A stretch of DNA of 64,000 nt from assembly GCF_035565035.1 (NCBI RefSeq), contig NZ_DATMTD010000115.1, forward strand, positions 1,123 through 65,122. Reading direction: 5' to 3'. This DNA comes from Oxalicibacterium sp. GTDB taxonomy: Bacteria; Pseudomonadota; Gammaproteobacteria; Burkholderiales; Burkholderiaceae_D. The notes under the pieces were generated by a model. It ran no database searches. It was given only the letters and a program-made list of their open reading frames with translations, and had not been told where the DNA came from. Position 1 is the first letter of the stretch; each line of letters begins with the position of its first letter. Positions 45,331-55,291 of this stretch are shown here, piece after piece. The position numbers and the translations under genes were made by a program.

Positions 45331-45594
45331 TTAAGCGAAAGCCGCTTGCATGCGCAGCTGAATGGCGCGCTGCGGTTGCGATTGAGCGATCGAGTTTGCC
45401 TTGCTGTTCAGTGCTTGAGCCGACTTCACTGCTTTGGCTTCCACTTGAGCAACGCGTTGAGCGAATGGTTGCTGAAGGCCGTAGGCAGCGCGCATGCGCA
45501 GAGCCGATGCCAGTTCAGGTTGCGATTGAGCGATCTGGTTGGCTTTGCTGTTCAACGCATAAGCGGAAGTAGTGCTGTTCAATAATGTAGACAT
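45331..45594 (-). CDS. 87-aa protein with an internal tandem duplication
   Basis: ALNSKANQIAQSQPELASALRMRAAY / ALNSKANSIAQSQPQRAIQLRMQAAF; RBS agaaagga; divergent from LysR. Confidence 0.75.
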   Translation of the reverse strand: MSTLLNSTTSAYALNSKANQIAQSQPELASALRMRAAYGLQQPFAQRVAQVEAKAVKSAQALNSKANSIAQSQPQRAIQLRMQAAFA

Positions 45595-45746
45595 GATAAT
45601 TTCCTTTCTTTCTATAAATGATCCCTGTTGATGCATTGCAGTATAGGTATAGTAGAGATATAAATCTAATTTCAATTTCGGATACCAGTTATACTAATCA
45701 TGAATATGAACGGGATCGCTAATTTCCTTTATTCGGTAACCACACC

Positions 45747-46700
45747 ATGAGTTTTCTCACCCTTGATCTGAACCTGTTGCGCGTCTTCGATGCCGTCATG
45801 ACGGAGCAGAACCTGACCCGCGCCGCCAACCTGCTTGCGATGACGCAGCCGGCGGTTTCCAATGCCCTGCGGCGCCTGCGCGAAACTCTCGGCGACGAGC
45901 TGGTCATCCGGACGGCACACGGCGTCAAACCGACGTCGCGCGCTGCAGAGTTGTGGCCGATCGTGCGTCGCGCGCTGTCGGATCTGGAGGCCGCCGTTAC
46001 TCCGGACACGTTTGACGTATCGCGCGTCAATACGACATTTCGCATGGCGATGGCCGATGCGACCGCCGCGCTGTGGTTACCTTTCCTTGTGCGAGCGATC
46101 GAGCGCGATGCGCCCGGGCTGAATGTGCGGATGGTGCCGTTGACGACGCGCGAGCCGCGACCGATGCTGTTGCGCGGCGATGTTGACCTGGCAATCGGCT
46201 TTTTCCCGGGCGTCGCCGCACAGCTGGCCAGCGGGCAGAACACGGCCATTTCGCAAATCCGCCATGAACGTCTCTACACCGGCGAATATGTCTGCGTGAT
46301 GCGCAAAAATCATCCTTTGGCCAAGGAAGAACTGACGCTGGATACTTATTGTGCAGCGCATCATCTGTTGGTAAGTTTCTCCGGACGTGCAAAGGGATTG
46401 ATGGATGACGCATTGACTGAATTGGGCCGGGAGCGTCGTATCTTGCTGACAGTCAACCAGTTCTTTACTGCCGGGCGCGTCGTGGCCAGTTCGGATCTGA
46501 TCACGGTGCTGCCGCGACACTTGATTGCATCGACCGGCATGGAAGATTCACTGATCGCAAAGGTTTTGCCGTTTGAACTGCCGGATGTTCACGTCGATAT
46601 GTTGTGGCACGAGCGCGATGCGCGTAATCCGGCACACAAATGGCTGCGCGAACAACTGAGCGCGAGCACCGAAGATGGTATCGGACGTATCAAGAAATAA
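45747..46700 (+). CDS. LysR family regulator (NahR/LeuO-like)
   Basis: LDLNLLRVFDAVM..NLTRAA..TQPAVSNALRRLR; WHER..NPAHKWLR. Confidence 0.93.
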   Translation: MSFLTLDLNLLRVFDAVMTEQNLTRAANLLAMTQPAVSNALRRLRETLGDELVIRTAHGVKPTSRAAELWPIVRRALSDLEAAVTPDTFDVSRVNTTFRMAMADATAALWLPFLVRAIERDAPGLNVRMVPLTTREPRPMLLRGDVDLAIGFFPGVAAQLASGQNTAISQIRHERLYTGEYVCVMRKNHPLAKEELTLDTYCAAHHLLVSFSGRAKGLMDDALTELGRERRILLTVNQFFTAGRVVASSDLITVLPRHLIASTGMEDSLIAKVLPFELPDVHVDMLWHERDARNPAHKWLREQLSASTEDGIGRIKK

Positions 46701-46726
46701 CGCTGAGCTGCCATGTAACAGGCTTC

Positions 46727-46751
46727 AAGCCCTGCGTTGCAGGGCTTTTTT
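46727..46751 (+). terminator. Intrinsic terminator
   Basis: AAGCCCTGC-gtt-GCAGGGCTT plus T-tract. Confidence 0.85.
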
Positions 46752-46919
46752 ATTCCCTTTCGATATCCTCTGTGTTCTGGCTGCCCGTCGTTACCGGTCA
46801 TTTCGGTTTGTGATCAATGTGTGTTGTTTCACATAATGACGGCAAAACCGGCCCGGTATACGTTGAACTCGAAACTTGCAGGGCAGTCCTATTTATATTG
46901 TCATTGACCAAGGTTCCCC

Positions 46920-48926
46920 ATGTCTCGAACGCAAAAAATAATCATGTGGAGCACGCTGGGCTTACTCGCGATTCCGATCCTCTGCATCGTGTTCCTGTTG
47001 ACGTTCGATTGGAATCGGGCGAGGCCGTGGATCAATGAGCGCGTCAGCGACGCGACAGGGCGCGTATTCGAAATCCGCGGCGATCTGAACCTGGATTGGA
47101 AACGCGCCGCGGAAGAGGATGGCTGGCACGCATGGATTCCATGGCCGCGTCCTTCTGCCAGCGACATCGTGCTGAGCAATCCTGACTGGGCCAGGACCGG
47201 GCCGCAAATGGTCACGCTCAAGCAAGTGGCGTTCTCGATCAATCCCTGGCCTTTGCTGGCAAAAAAAGTGGTATTGCATGAACTGGATGTCGACGGTCTG
47301 GCATTGGGCCTGGAAAGAACGACCGACGGTAAAAATAACTGGACCTTCAAGAAGAATGACGACGAGCCTTCAGCCTGGGCCGTTGAATTCGGCAAACTGG
47401 TAATCAGGCAGGCCGCGTTGCGCTATCTCGATCCAAACATCAAACTCGATTTGAAAGCGACCGCACAGACACTGAACGACAACAATCCAAAAGGTTATGG
47501 TCTGCAGTTCACGGCAGGCGGCAGCTATAACAACGCGCCGATCACCGGCGGCGGCAAGACCGGCGGCATTTTGTCGTTAAAGGAAAAGGGCACTGTCTTT
47601 CCGGTACAAGCCAATGTGCACATCGGCAAAAATATTATCGGCGTCGAGGGCAACGTCACCCAGCCAACTGCCGTTACTGCAATCGATCTGCATCTGACAC
47701 TGGCCGGCCCGAGCATGGCCAACCTGTATCCGCTGACCGGCGTGCTTCTGCCGGATACACCTCCTTACGCCACAAAGGGGCATCTGATCGGGCACCTGAA
47801 CGCCGACGGCAGCAACTGGAAATACGAAAAATTCACCGGCAAGGTTGGCGAAAGCGACCTGGCAGGCACGCTCGAATACATCGTCCAAAAACCTCGTCCA
47901 CTATTGCGTGGCGAGATGGTTTCCAATCAGTTGCGACTGGAAGATCTCGGTGCAGTCGTAAAAGCTGACAGTAACGCCGAAAAGAAAAATCGCGATGCAA
48001 AAGCCGTACAGCCTGATGCCAAGGCTTTGCCGGTCGAGCAGTTCACCACCGACAAATGGGACGCGCTGGATGCCGACGTCAAATTTACCGGCCGTAAAAT
48101 TGTTCGGGATGCCGCATTGCCGATCGATGATCTGGTGACCGAGATCCACATGAAGGACAAGGTATTGACGCTGACACCGCTGAACTTTGGTGTGGCAGGC
48201 GGCAACCTTACCTCCAATATCACGCTCAACGGGCAATCGAATGTCATTCAGGCGCAAATCAAAACGGCTGCGCGGCATTTGAAGATCAAGCAGCTTTTCC
48301 CGACGCTGGAAAGCATGCAGGCCAGTCTGGGCGAAGTGAATGCCGATGCATCGTTATCGGGCACCGGTAATTCGATCGCCGCAATGGTGGGTTCTGCCAA
48401 TGGTGAAGTAAAAGGTGCTGTTACAGAAGGCAGTGTCAGCAAGTTCATTCTGGAAGCAGCAGGCTTGAATGTTCCCAATGCTGTGTTTGCCAAATTATTC
48501 GGTGACAAGCAGGTGCAGTTGAATTGCCTCGCAGCCGACTTCGACGTCAAATCAGGTCTGATGCAAACGGAATATTTTGTAATGGATACCGATGACGCTG
48601 TCGTTGTTGTCGATGGCACGATCAACCTGTCGACGGAAGCAATGAATCTCGACGTGCGACCGAAGACAAAAGGGTTGCGCATCATCTCGTTGCGTTCGCC
48701 GTTGTACGTCAAGGGTACTTTCAAAAATCCGGACATCGGTCTGTACAAAGGTGCGCTTGTCGCCAAGGCGGGCGGTGCAATCGCATTGGGGGTATTGGCG
48801 CCACTCGCCGCGGTTGTTCCCTTGATTAATCCGGGACGCACCGAGGCAATCGATTGTGCGAAATTGTTGGCTGATTACAGGGAAAAGCCGAAAGCACCTC
48901 CGCCCGGCCAAAAAAAGGTTGATTGA
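46920..48926 (+). CDS. AsmA family protein (YhjG-like)
   Basis: N-terminal TM, FDWNRARPWIN, SMANLYPLTGVLLPDTPPY, SLRSPLYVKGTF..P. Confidence 0.85.
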   Translation: MSRTQKIIMWSTLGLLAIPILCIVFLLTFDWNRARPWINERVSDATGRVFEIRGDLNLDWKRAAEEDGWHAWIPWPRPSASDIVLSNPDWARTGPQMVTLKQVAFSINPWPLLAKKVVLHELDVDGLALGLERTTDGKNNWTFKKNDDEPSAWAVEFGKLVIRQAALRYLDPNIKLDLKATAQTLNDNNPKGYGLQFTAGGSYNNAPITGGGKTGGILSLKEKGTVFPVQANVHIGKNIIGVEGNVTQPTAVTAIDLHLTLAGPSMANLYPLTGVLLPDTPPYATKGHLIGHLNADGSNWKYEKFTGKVGESDLAGTLEYIVQKPRPLLRGEMVSNQLRLEDLGAVVKADSNAEKKNRDAKAVQPDAKALPVEQFTTDKWDALDADVKFTGRKIVRDAALPIDDLVTEIHMKDKVLTLTPLNFGVAGGNLTSNITLNGQSNVIQAQIKTAARHLKIKQLFPTLESMQASLGEVNADASLSGTGNSIAAMVGSANGEVKGAVTEGSVSKFILEAAGLNVPNAVFAKLFGDKQVQLNCLAADFDVKSGLMQTEYFVMDTDDAVVVVDGTINLSTEAMNLDVRPKTKGLRIISLRSPLYVKGTFKNPDIGLYKGALVAKAGGAIALGVLAPLAAVVPLINPGRTEAIDCAKLLADYREKPKAPPPGQKKVD

Positions 48927-48939
48927 AGTCGTGTCATCG

Positions 48940-48966
48940 AGCCTGCATGAAAATGCGGGCTTTTTT
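48940..48966 (+). terminator. Intrinsic terminator
   Basis: AGCCTGCAT-gaaa-ATGCGGGCT plus T-tract. Confidence 0.85.
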
Positions 48967-49259
48967 GTCTGTACCTAATTTGTAGTGTTCACAGTGTGTA
49001 AGGCTGAGTCAAAACAATTTTTGGTTGAGGAAACGATCCAGGCAACTCTGGTCGAGTTAATCGGAGCATCCCTCACCAAGATCGACGATTCGATTATGAC
49101 GTGGCTGTGGGGCCTTCTAATGGCGAGGTTCGAGCTTTAGTGCGCTCAAGGTCCTTCAACAAGACGTTGTTCGAGCAGTATTCTGAATATCGGTACGGAA
49201 TGTATAACGAGGGAAGTGTCTGATTAAGTTGCGTCGATTCACATCACGTCAGATTTCCT

Positions 49260-49555
49260 GGAAATGAAATTTAATGGATGGTTTTCAGTTCTTCTTTTTC
49301 TGGTTTGGGGGTTTTGATGGGGTTCTGGTTTTAAATTAAATTGGTTGTATATATGTTTAGTAGTAATAGTTAACGTAGGGTGTTTTCTGTGGATAACCCT
49401 GTAAACAGTTTTTAAATCAGTTATTTACGCTTGGGATAAAACCTGCATAAGCAGTGTATTGAGCAGGGATGGATTCTGCATAAGATCAAGACTTCTCTTT
49501 TCCACATCGTTATCCACAAACTATCCAGTGTTTTTCCCGTGCCTTATCCACAGCC
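49260..49555. other. Probable chromosomal replication origin oriC
   Basis: AT/GT-rich stretch, TAG-TAG-TAA-TAG trios (49358-49369), consensus DnaA boxes at 49388-49396, 49498-49506, 49510-49518, 49544-49552, IHF site 49415-49427, phased degenerate boxes; parS sites and mnmG nearby. Confidence 0.85.
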
Positions 49556-49624
49556 TGAATCAGTAACATTTGCGACGTCATGGTAATCTCATCGGCCAGA
49601 TAATCAACGGCCTGAGGGATCCAG

Positions 49625-51136
49625 ATGCGCCTTCCGATAATTGGACATTATATAAATGGTGGACGTGTCGATTCCGCTGATGGCGATCGTCAACCGGTTT
49701 TCAATCCCGCGACAGGTGAAGTCGGTGCGGAGGTACTCGTCGGTAACGAAGCCGACGTAGAAACCGCTGTTGCAGCCGCCAAAGCTGCGGCCCCGGCCTG
49801 GGCAGCAACGGCTCCGTTGAAACGGGCGCGCATCCTGTTCAGGTTCAAGGATCTGATCGAACGCCATCATGATGATCTTGCCGCGGCCATTACCCGGGAA
49901 CATGGCAAGATCTTTTCAGACGCAAAAGGCGAAGTGACGCGCGGACTGGAAGTGGTTGAATTCGCTTGCGGCATCCCGCAGTTATTAAAAACACAATTTA
50001 CTGACAATATCGGTGGAGGCATCGATAACTGGAACCTGCGTCAACCGCTTGGCGTCACCGCCGGCATTACGCCGTTCAATTTTCCGTTCATGGTGCCGAT
50101 GTGGATGGCACCGGTTGCACTGGCGACGGGAAATACGTTTATTCTGAAACCGTCGGAGCGCGACCCTTCCCCTTCGCTGATGGTGGCGGAGCTATTGCAC
50201 GAAGCCGGTTTGCCTGATGGGGTATTCAATGTATTGCAGGGCGGCAAAAATGTAGTCAATGCCTTGCTGCGGAATCCGGATGTGCGTGCGGTTTCCTTTG
50301 TCGGCTCGACGCCAATTGCCGAACATGTCTATACCGCCGGTACCAGCCGCATGGGTCCCTATCCACTCAGAGTACAGGCACTCGGCGGAGCGAAGAACCA
50401 CTTGGTCGTGATGCCGGATGCAAACTTGGAGCAGGCAGTCGATGCATTGATGGGCGCGGCATACGGGTCGGCTGGCGAACGCTGCATGGCGGTTTCAGTT
50501 GCGGTGGCCGTCGGCAGTGTGGCGGACAAGCTGATCGACGCCTTGATTCCGCGTGTGCAATTACTCAAGGTTAAAAATGGCATGGATCCGGACGCTGAAA
50601 TGGGCCCGGTCGTCACTGCCGAGCACAAAGCAAAAATCGAAGCCTACATCGAAGCTGGTGTAAAAGCAGGCGCAAAGCTGCTGGTAGATGGGCGCGGACT
50701 GAAAGTGGGTGGCCACGACCAAGGTTTCTTTCTGGGGGGATGCCTGTTCGATCATGTGACTCCAGACATGACGATTTACAGGGAAGAAATCTTCGGACCG
50801 GTTCTGTGCATCGTTCGTGTACCCGACTTTGCTGCTGCCATTGATCTGATTAACGGCCATGAATTTGGAAACGGGGTTTCGTTATTCACATCGGATGGCA
50901 ATACCGCCCGCGAGTTTTCCCGCCGGATCGAAGTCGGGATGGTCGGAATCAATGTCCCTATTCCGGTACCGATGGCATGGCACTCGTTCGGTGGTTGGAA
51001 ACGCTCCATGTTCGGTGACCTCCATGCTTACGGCGAAGAGGGCATCCGGTTTTATACGCGTTATAAATCAATCATGCAGCGCTGGCCGGAAACAATCGAT
51101 AAAGGCCCCGAGTTTTCGATGCCGGTAAGCAAATAA
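49625..51136 (+). CDS. mmsA: CoA-acylating methylmalonate-semialdehyde dehydrogenase
   Basis: [62 protein letters not shown]. Confidence 0.9.
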   Translation: MRLPIIGHYINGGRVDSADGDRQPVFNPATGEVGAEVLVGNEADVETAVAAAKAAAPAWAATAPLKRARILFRFKDLIERHHDDLAAAITREHGKIFSDAKGEVTRGLEVVEFACGIPQLLKTQFTDNIGGGIDNWNLRQPLGVTAGITPFNFPFMVPMWMAPVALATGNTFILKPSERDPSPSLMVAELLHEAGLPDGVFNVLQGGKNVVNALLRNPDVRAVSFVGSTPIAEHVYTAGTSRMGPYPLRVQALGGAKNHLVVMPDANLEQAVDALMGAAYGSAGERCMAVSVAVAVGSVADKLIDALIPRVQLLKVKNGMDPDAEMGPVVTAEHKAKIEAYIEAGVKAGAKLLVDGRGLKVGGHDQGFFLGGCLFDHVTPDMTIYREEIFGPVLCIVRVPDFAAAIDLINGHEFGNGVSLFTSDGNTAREFSRRIEVGMVGINVPIPVPMAWHSFGGWKRSMFGDLHAYGEEGIRFYTRYKSIMQRWPETIDKGPEFSMPVSK

Positions 51137-51142
51137 GTTCAA

Positions 51143-51158
51143 TGTTTCACGTGAAACG
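51143..51158. other. parS centromere site
   Basis: TGTTTCACGTGAAACG, 15/16 to the canonical palindrome. Confidence 0.9.
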
Positions 51159-51208
51159 TTATTGGGTCTTTTCCAAAACACTGATCAGAAAACGCAGGGA
51201 CTGCCTGC

Positions 51209-51970
51209 ATGGCTGATTATGTCATTCTGGCGATTGCGGCATTTGTTGCAGGACTGATCGACGCCGTGGTCGGTGGCGGCGGGTTGGTCCAGCTACCAGC
51301 ATTGTTTTCGGCCATGCCCAATGCCATGCCGGCAACACTTCTCGGCACGAATAAATTGGCGGGAGTTTGCGGCACGACTGCGGCCGCTGTCGGTTTCGCA
51401 CGTCGGGTTCGGGTGCAATGGAGCACAGCCGTGCCGGCAGCCATGGCCGCATTCGCACTCTCTTTTGCCGGCGCATTTGCCGTCACGCATATCCCGCCGG
51501 ACTTTATCCGGAAATTTTTACCCTTTGTTCTGGTCGCTGTAGCGATATATACGTTTCGTAAAAAAGACTTTGGCAGCGTCCATGCTCCTGCGCATACGGG
51601 AAGGAGAGAGCGGGCGATTGCAATCCTGGTCGGCGGCGGCATCGGATTTTATGACGGGTTTTTTGGCCCGGGTACCGGCAGCTTTCTGGTATTCCTGTTT
51701 GTCCGTTTCTTCGGCTTCGATTTTCTCGGCGCTTCTGCCGTGGCGAAAGTGGTCAATGTCGCCTGTAATTTTGCCGCCTTATTGTGGTTCGGTTATAGCG
51801 GACATTTGTTGTGGCAATTGGGTGCAGTGATGGCCGCATGTAATGTAATCGGGTCACTGGTCGGTATCCGGCTGGCCGTTCGTTACGGAGCGGGTTTTGT
51901 CCGCAAGTTATTCCTGTTCGTGGTTTCGGCCTTGATCCTGAAGACGGCTTACGACGCCTTTTTGGGCTGA
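51209..51970 (+). CDS. TSUP (TauE/SafE, YfcA-like) membrane transporter
   Basis: AGLIDAVVGGGGLVQLP, LLGTNK, GFYDGFFGPGTGSF. Confidence 0.9.
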   Translation: MADYVILAIAAFVAGLIDAVVGGGGLVQLPALFSAMPNAMPATLLGTNKLAGVCGTTAAAVGFARRVRVQWSTAVPAAMAAFALSFAGAFAVTHIPPDFIRKFLPFVLVAVAIYTFRKKDFGSVHAPAHTGRRERAIAILVGGGIGFYDGFFGPGTGSFLVFLFVRFFGFDFLGASAVAKVVNVACNFAALLWFGYSGHLLWQLGAVMAACNVIGSLVGIRLAVRYGAGFVRKLFLFVVSALILKTAYDAFLG

Positions 51971-51974
51971 CGAG

Positions 51975-51990
51975 TGTTTCACGTGAAACA
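51975..51990. other. parS centromere site
   Basis: Perfect TGTTTCACGTGAAACA. Confidence 0.93.
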
Positions 51991-52102
51991 TCCCGCGCTT
52001 GATTGTTGCGGGCCTGCTCGGCAACGGGCGAAATAAAATCAAAAAGACTTTATAATCTCGCCTCTGCCTAACTGTCTCACCTAAGTCTCATTGAGGCGCA
52101 CC

Positions 52103-54040
52103 ATGATTTTTCCTGACAAATTTGATGTGATCGTTGTCGGCGGCGGCCATGCCGGAACCGAAGCTGCACTGGCGTCTGCCCGCATGGGACAGGCGACGCT
52201 GCTGCTTACGCACAATATTGAAACGCTGGGCCAGATGTCCTGCAACCCGTCGATTGGCGGGATCGGCAAAGGCCACCTGGTCAAGGAAGTCGATGCCATG
52301 GGTGGCGCAATGGCGATTGCCACTGATGAAGCAGGTATCCAGTTCCGCATCCTGAACTCCTCCAAAGGCCCGGCCGTTCGTGCCACGCGCGCGCAAGCCG
52401 ATCGTATCCTTTACAAACAAGCGATCCGTTCGCGCCTGGAAAATCAGCCGAATCTTTGGCTGTTCCAGCAAGCAGTCGACGATCTGCTGGTCGAAGGCGA
52501 TCGTGTGGTCGGCGCAGTTACGCAAGTTGGTATCAAGTTCATGGCGAGAGCTGTGGTGCTGACGGCAGGTACTTTTCTCGACGGGAAGATTCACGTCGGC
52601 ATGAATAATTACTCGGCGGGTCGTGCCGGCGATCCACCTGCAGTTTCGCTTTCTGCGCGCCTGAAGGAATTGAAGCTGCCGCAGGGCCGATTGAAAACCG
52701 GTACGCCGCCGCGTATCGATGGCCGCACGATCGATTTCTCGGTGATGGAAGAACAGCCGGGCGATCTCGATCCGATCCCGGTGTTTTCCGTCATGGGCTC
52801 GGCCGCGATGCATCCAAAACAGATGCCTTGCTGGATCACGCACACGAACGAACAAACGCACGACATTATCCGCGGCGGTCTGGATCGCAGTCCGATGTAC
52901 ACCGGCGTGATTGAAGGCGTCGGTCCGCGGTACTGCCCATCCATCGAGGACAAGATCCATCGTTTCGCCAGCAAGAACTCGCACCAGATCTTCCTTGAGC
53001 CGGAAGGCCTGACCACGAACGAGTTTTATCCGAACGGGATTTCCACCAGCCTGCCATTCGATGTGCAGTTAAACCTCGTGCGTTCGATGCGTGGCCTGGA
53101 AAATGCGCATATCCTGCGTCCCGGTTATGCAATTGAATACGACTACTTCGATCCGCGTGGCCTGAAGGCATCGCTGGAAACCAAGGTCATCCAGGGACTG
53201 TTTTTCGCCGGCCAGATCAACGGTACCACCGGTTATGAAGAGGCCGCCGCACAAGGCATGCTGGCCGGACTCAACGCTGCATTGCAGACGCAAGGTCGGG
53301 AGGCATGGACGCCACGCCGCGACGAAGCCTACCTCGGCGTGCTGGTCGATGACCTGATCACCAAGGGTGTGCTGGAGCCATATCGCATGTTTACCAGCCG
53401 GGCCGAATATCGTTTAAGCCTGCGTGAAGACAACGCCGATATGCGCCTGACGGAAATCGGTCGTGAACTCGGTTGTGTCGGCGATGCGCAATGGACGGCA
53501 TTCGAAACCAAGCGAGAAGCGGTTGCGCGCGAGCTGGAACGCCTGCGTTCCACTTGGGTCAATCCCCGAATTTTGGCTCAAGCTGAGGCCGAACGCGTGT
53601 TGGGTAAAGGCATTGAGCGAGAGTATGCACTCGCAGACTTACTCAGTCGCCCGAATGTCAGCTATGCCAGTCTGATGACGTTGAAGGGCGCCGACGGCCA
53701 GGATCTGGGCGGCCCGGGCGTCTCGGGAGACGCGGTGCGCGAGCAGGTCGAGATCCAGTTGAAGTACGCCGGGTATATCGGTCGCCAGGCAAAGGAAGTC
53801 GAACGTCACGATTATTACGAGAACCTGAAATTGCCAGGGGCCTTTGACTACATGGAGGTCAAGGGCCTGTCGTTCGAAGTGCGGCAGAAATTGTGCAAGC
53901 ACAAGCCTGAAACCTTGGGACAGGCATCGCGCATTTCGGGCGTCACGCCGGCTGCAATCTCGTTGTTGCTGGTGCACCTGAAGAAGGGCGGCTTCAAGGA
54001 ATTTGCTACGGTGCCGCCGGCATCCGAAGCGGCAGCATGA
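52103..54040 (+). CDS. mnmG: tRNA uridine modification enzyme MnmG/GidA
   Basis: [53 protein letters not shown]. Confidence 0.98.
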   Translation: MIFPDKFDVIVVGGGHAGTEAALASARMGQATLLLTHNIETLGQMSCNPSIGGIGKGHLVKEVDAMGGAMAIATDEAGIQFRILNSSKGPAVRATRAQADRILYKQAIRSRLENQPNLWLFQQAVDDLLVEGDRVVGAVTQVGIKFMARAVVLTAGTFLDGKIHVGMNNYSAGRAGDPPAVSLSARLKELKLPQGRLKTGTPPRIDGRTIDFSVMEEQPGDLDPIPVFSVMGSAAMHPKQMPCWITHTNEQTHDIIRGGLDRSPMYTGVIEGVGPRYCPSIEDKIHRFASKNSHQIFLEPEGLTTNEFYPNGISTSLPFDVQLNLVRSMRGLENAHILRPGYAIEYDYFDPRGLKASLETKVIQGLFFAGQINGTTGYEEAAAQGMLAGLNAALQTQGREAWTPRRDEAYLGVLVDDLITKGVLEPYRMFTSRAEYRLSLREDNADMRLTEIGRELGCVGDAQWTAFETKREAVARELERLRSTWVNPRILAQAEAERVLGKGIEREYALADLLSRPNVSYASLMTLKGADGQDLGGPGVSGDAVREQVEIQLKYAGYIGRQAKEVERHDYYENLKLPGAFDYMEVKGLSFEVRQKLCKHKPETLGQASRISGVTPAAISLLLVHLKKGGFKEFATVPPASEAAA

Positions 54041-54699
54041 AGTCCTTTGATCGAGCGGCGTTGACCGCCCAACTGACTGATGGCGCGCGCGCCTTGTCTG
54101 TTTCGTTGAGCGAAGCGCAATGTGACAAGCTGATCGACTATCTGGCCTTGATGCTCAAGTGGAACGCGGTTTACAACCTGACCGCCGTACGCGACCCATC
54201 GCAGATGGTGGTGCAGCATTTGCTGGACTCCCTGGCGGCAGTCACGGCATTTGACGGTGCGCGGTTTGTGCTTGACGTTGGTGCCGGCGGTGGCTTGCCT
54301 GGAATCGTGCTGGCGATCTGGGCCGAAGAAGCGCAACCCGAACTTCGATTGACCATGATCGATACGGTGCACAAGAAGACCGCGTTCCTGACGCAGGTGA
54401 AAGCAGAGCTTGATCTGCATAATGTCAGCGTGCAAACCGGTCGCGTCGAACAGTGGCAGGCACCGCAAATGTTTGACGTGATTACTTCGCGCGCGTTTGC
54501 GGAGCTCAATGATTTCGTTACATGGTCGCAGCACCTGCTGGATGAACGTGGACGTTTTATCGCGCTCAAGGGCGTGGCGCCGGGTGAAGAGGCGGGGCGT
54601 CTGGCCGAAGGCTGGCGCGTCAGCGAAATACTTCAGCTCCATGTGCCGACATTGAATGCGGAACGCCATCTGGTTTTTATCGAAAGGGAGGCAGCATGA
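54037..54699 (+). CDS. rsmG: 16S rRNA m7G methyltransferase RsmG/GidB
   Basis: [29 protein letters not shown]. Confidence 0.96.
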   Translation: MKSFDRAALTAQLTDGARALSVSLSEAQCDKLIDYLALMLKWNAVYNLTAVRDPSQMVVQHLLDSLAAVTAFDGARFVLDVGAGGGLPGIVLAIWAEEAQPELRLTMIDTVHKKTAFLTQVKAELDLHNVSVQTGRVEQWQAPQMFDVITSRAFAELNDFVTWSQHLLDERGRFIALKGVAPGEEAGRLAEGWRVSEILQLHVPTLNAERHLVFIEREAA

Positions 54700-55235
54700 A
54701 CAGAATCTTGATGCTTGGTGCACTCTGTGCGGCTTGTCTGTTCAATTCGGCACTTGCTCAGGATGTGCGGCCGGTTGCCAAGGTTGATCTCGATCGTTAT
54801 GTCGGTGGCTGGTACGAAATTGCGCGCTTTCCCAATCGTTTCCAGGATCAGTGCAGCGGCAATGTCACTGCCGAATACAGCAAGCGTACCGACGGTGAAA
54901 TCGAGGTCGTCAATCGCTGCAAGAAGAGCGACGGTACATTGGAGGAAGCGATCGGCCGCGGACGTATCGTCGATGCCATCACCAACGCGCGCTTGAAGGT
55001 ACGTTTTGCACCCGACTGGCTCGGCTGGATTCCTTTCGTCTGGGCGGATTACTGGATTATCGATCTTGCGGACGATTACACGTATGCAGCCGTTGGCGAA
55101 TCGTCACGCGAGTATTTGTGGATTCTGTCGCGCACACCGACGATGTCGGATGCCACATACGCGGCAATCGTCAATCGCCTGACCGAGCAGGGCTTCGATA
55201 CGGCAAAACTGGTCAAGACCAGACAGACGCCCTGA
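54696..55235 (+). CDS. Lipocalin family protein (Blc-like)
   Basis: VDLDRYVGGWYEIARF, YWIIDLADDY, YLWILSRTP; cleavable signal peptide. Confidence 0.9.
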   Translation: MNRILMLGALCAACLFNSALAQDVRPVAKVDLDRYVGGWYEIARFPNRFQDQCSGNVTAEYSKRTDGEIEVVNRCKKSDGTLEEAIGRGRIVDAITNARLKVRFAPDWLGWIPFVWADYWIIDLADDYTYAAVGESSREYLWILSRTPTMSDATYAAIVNRLTEQGFDTAKLVKTRQTP

Positions 55236-55291
55236 GTCATTATTTTCATGATCGGCGCAATGCCGAACCGACCACCAACTAAAACGAGAAC

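Noticed and set aside
48985-49223. Possible gene remnant between asmA and oriC (open frame ...FDYDVAVGPSNGEV...)
   Set aside because: No start codon or RBS in the longer frame, and only a vague resemblance to any family; needs tblastn/blastx
49570-49620. LIGQIING segment just upstream of mmsA resembling its IIGHYING start
   Set aside because: Only 8 codons with partial identity; chance cannot be excluded
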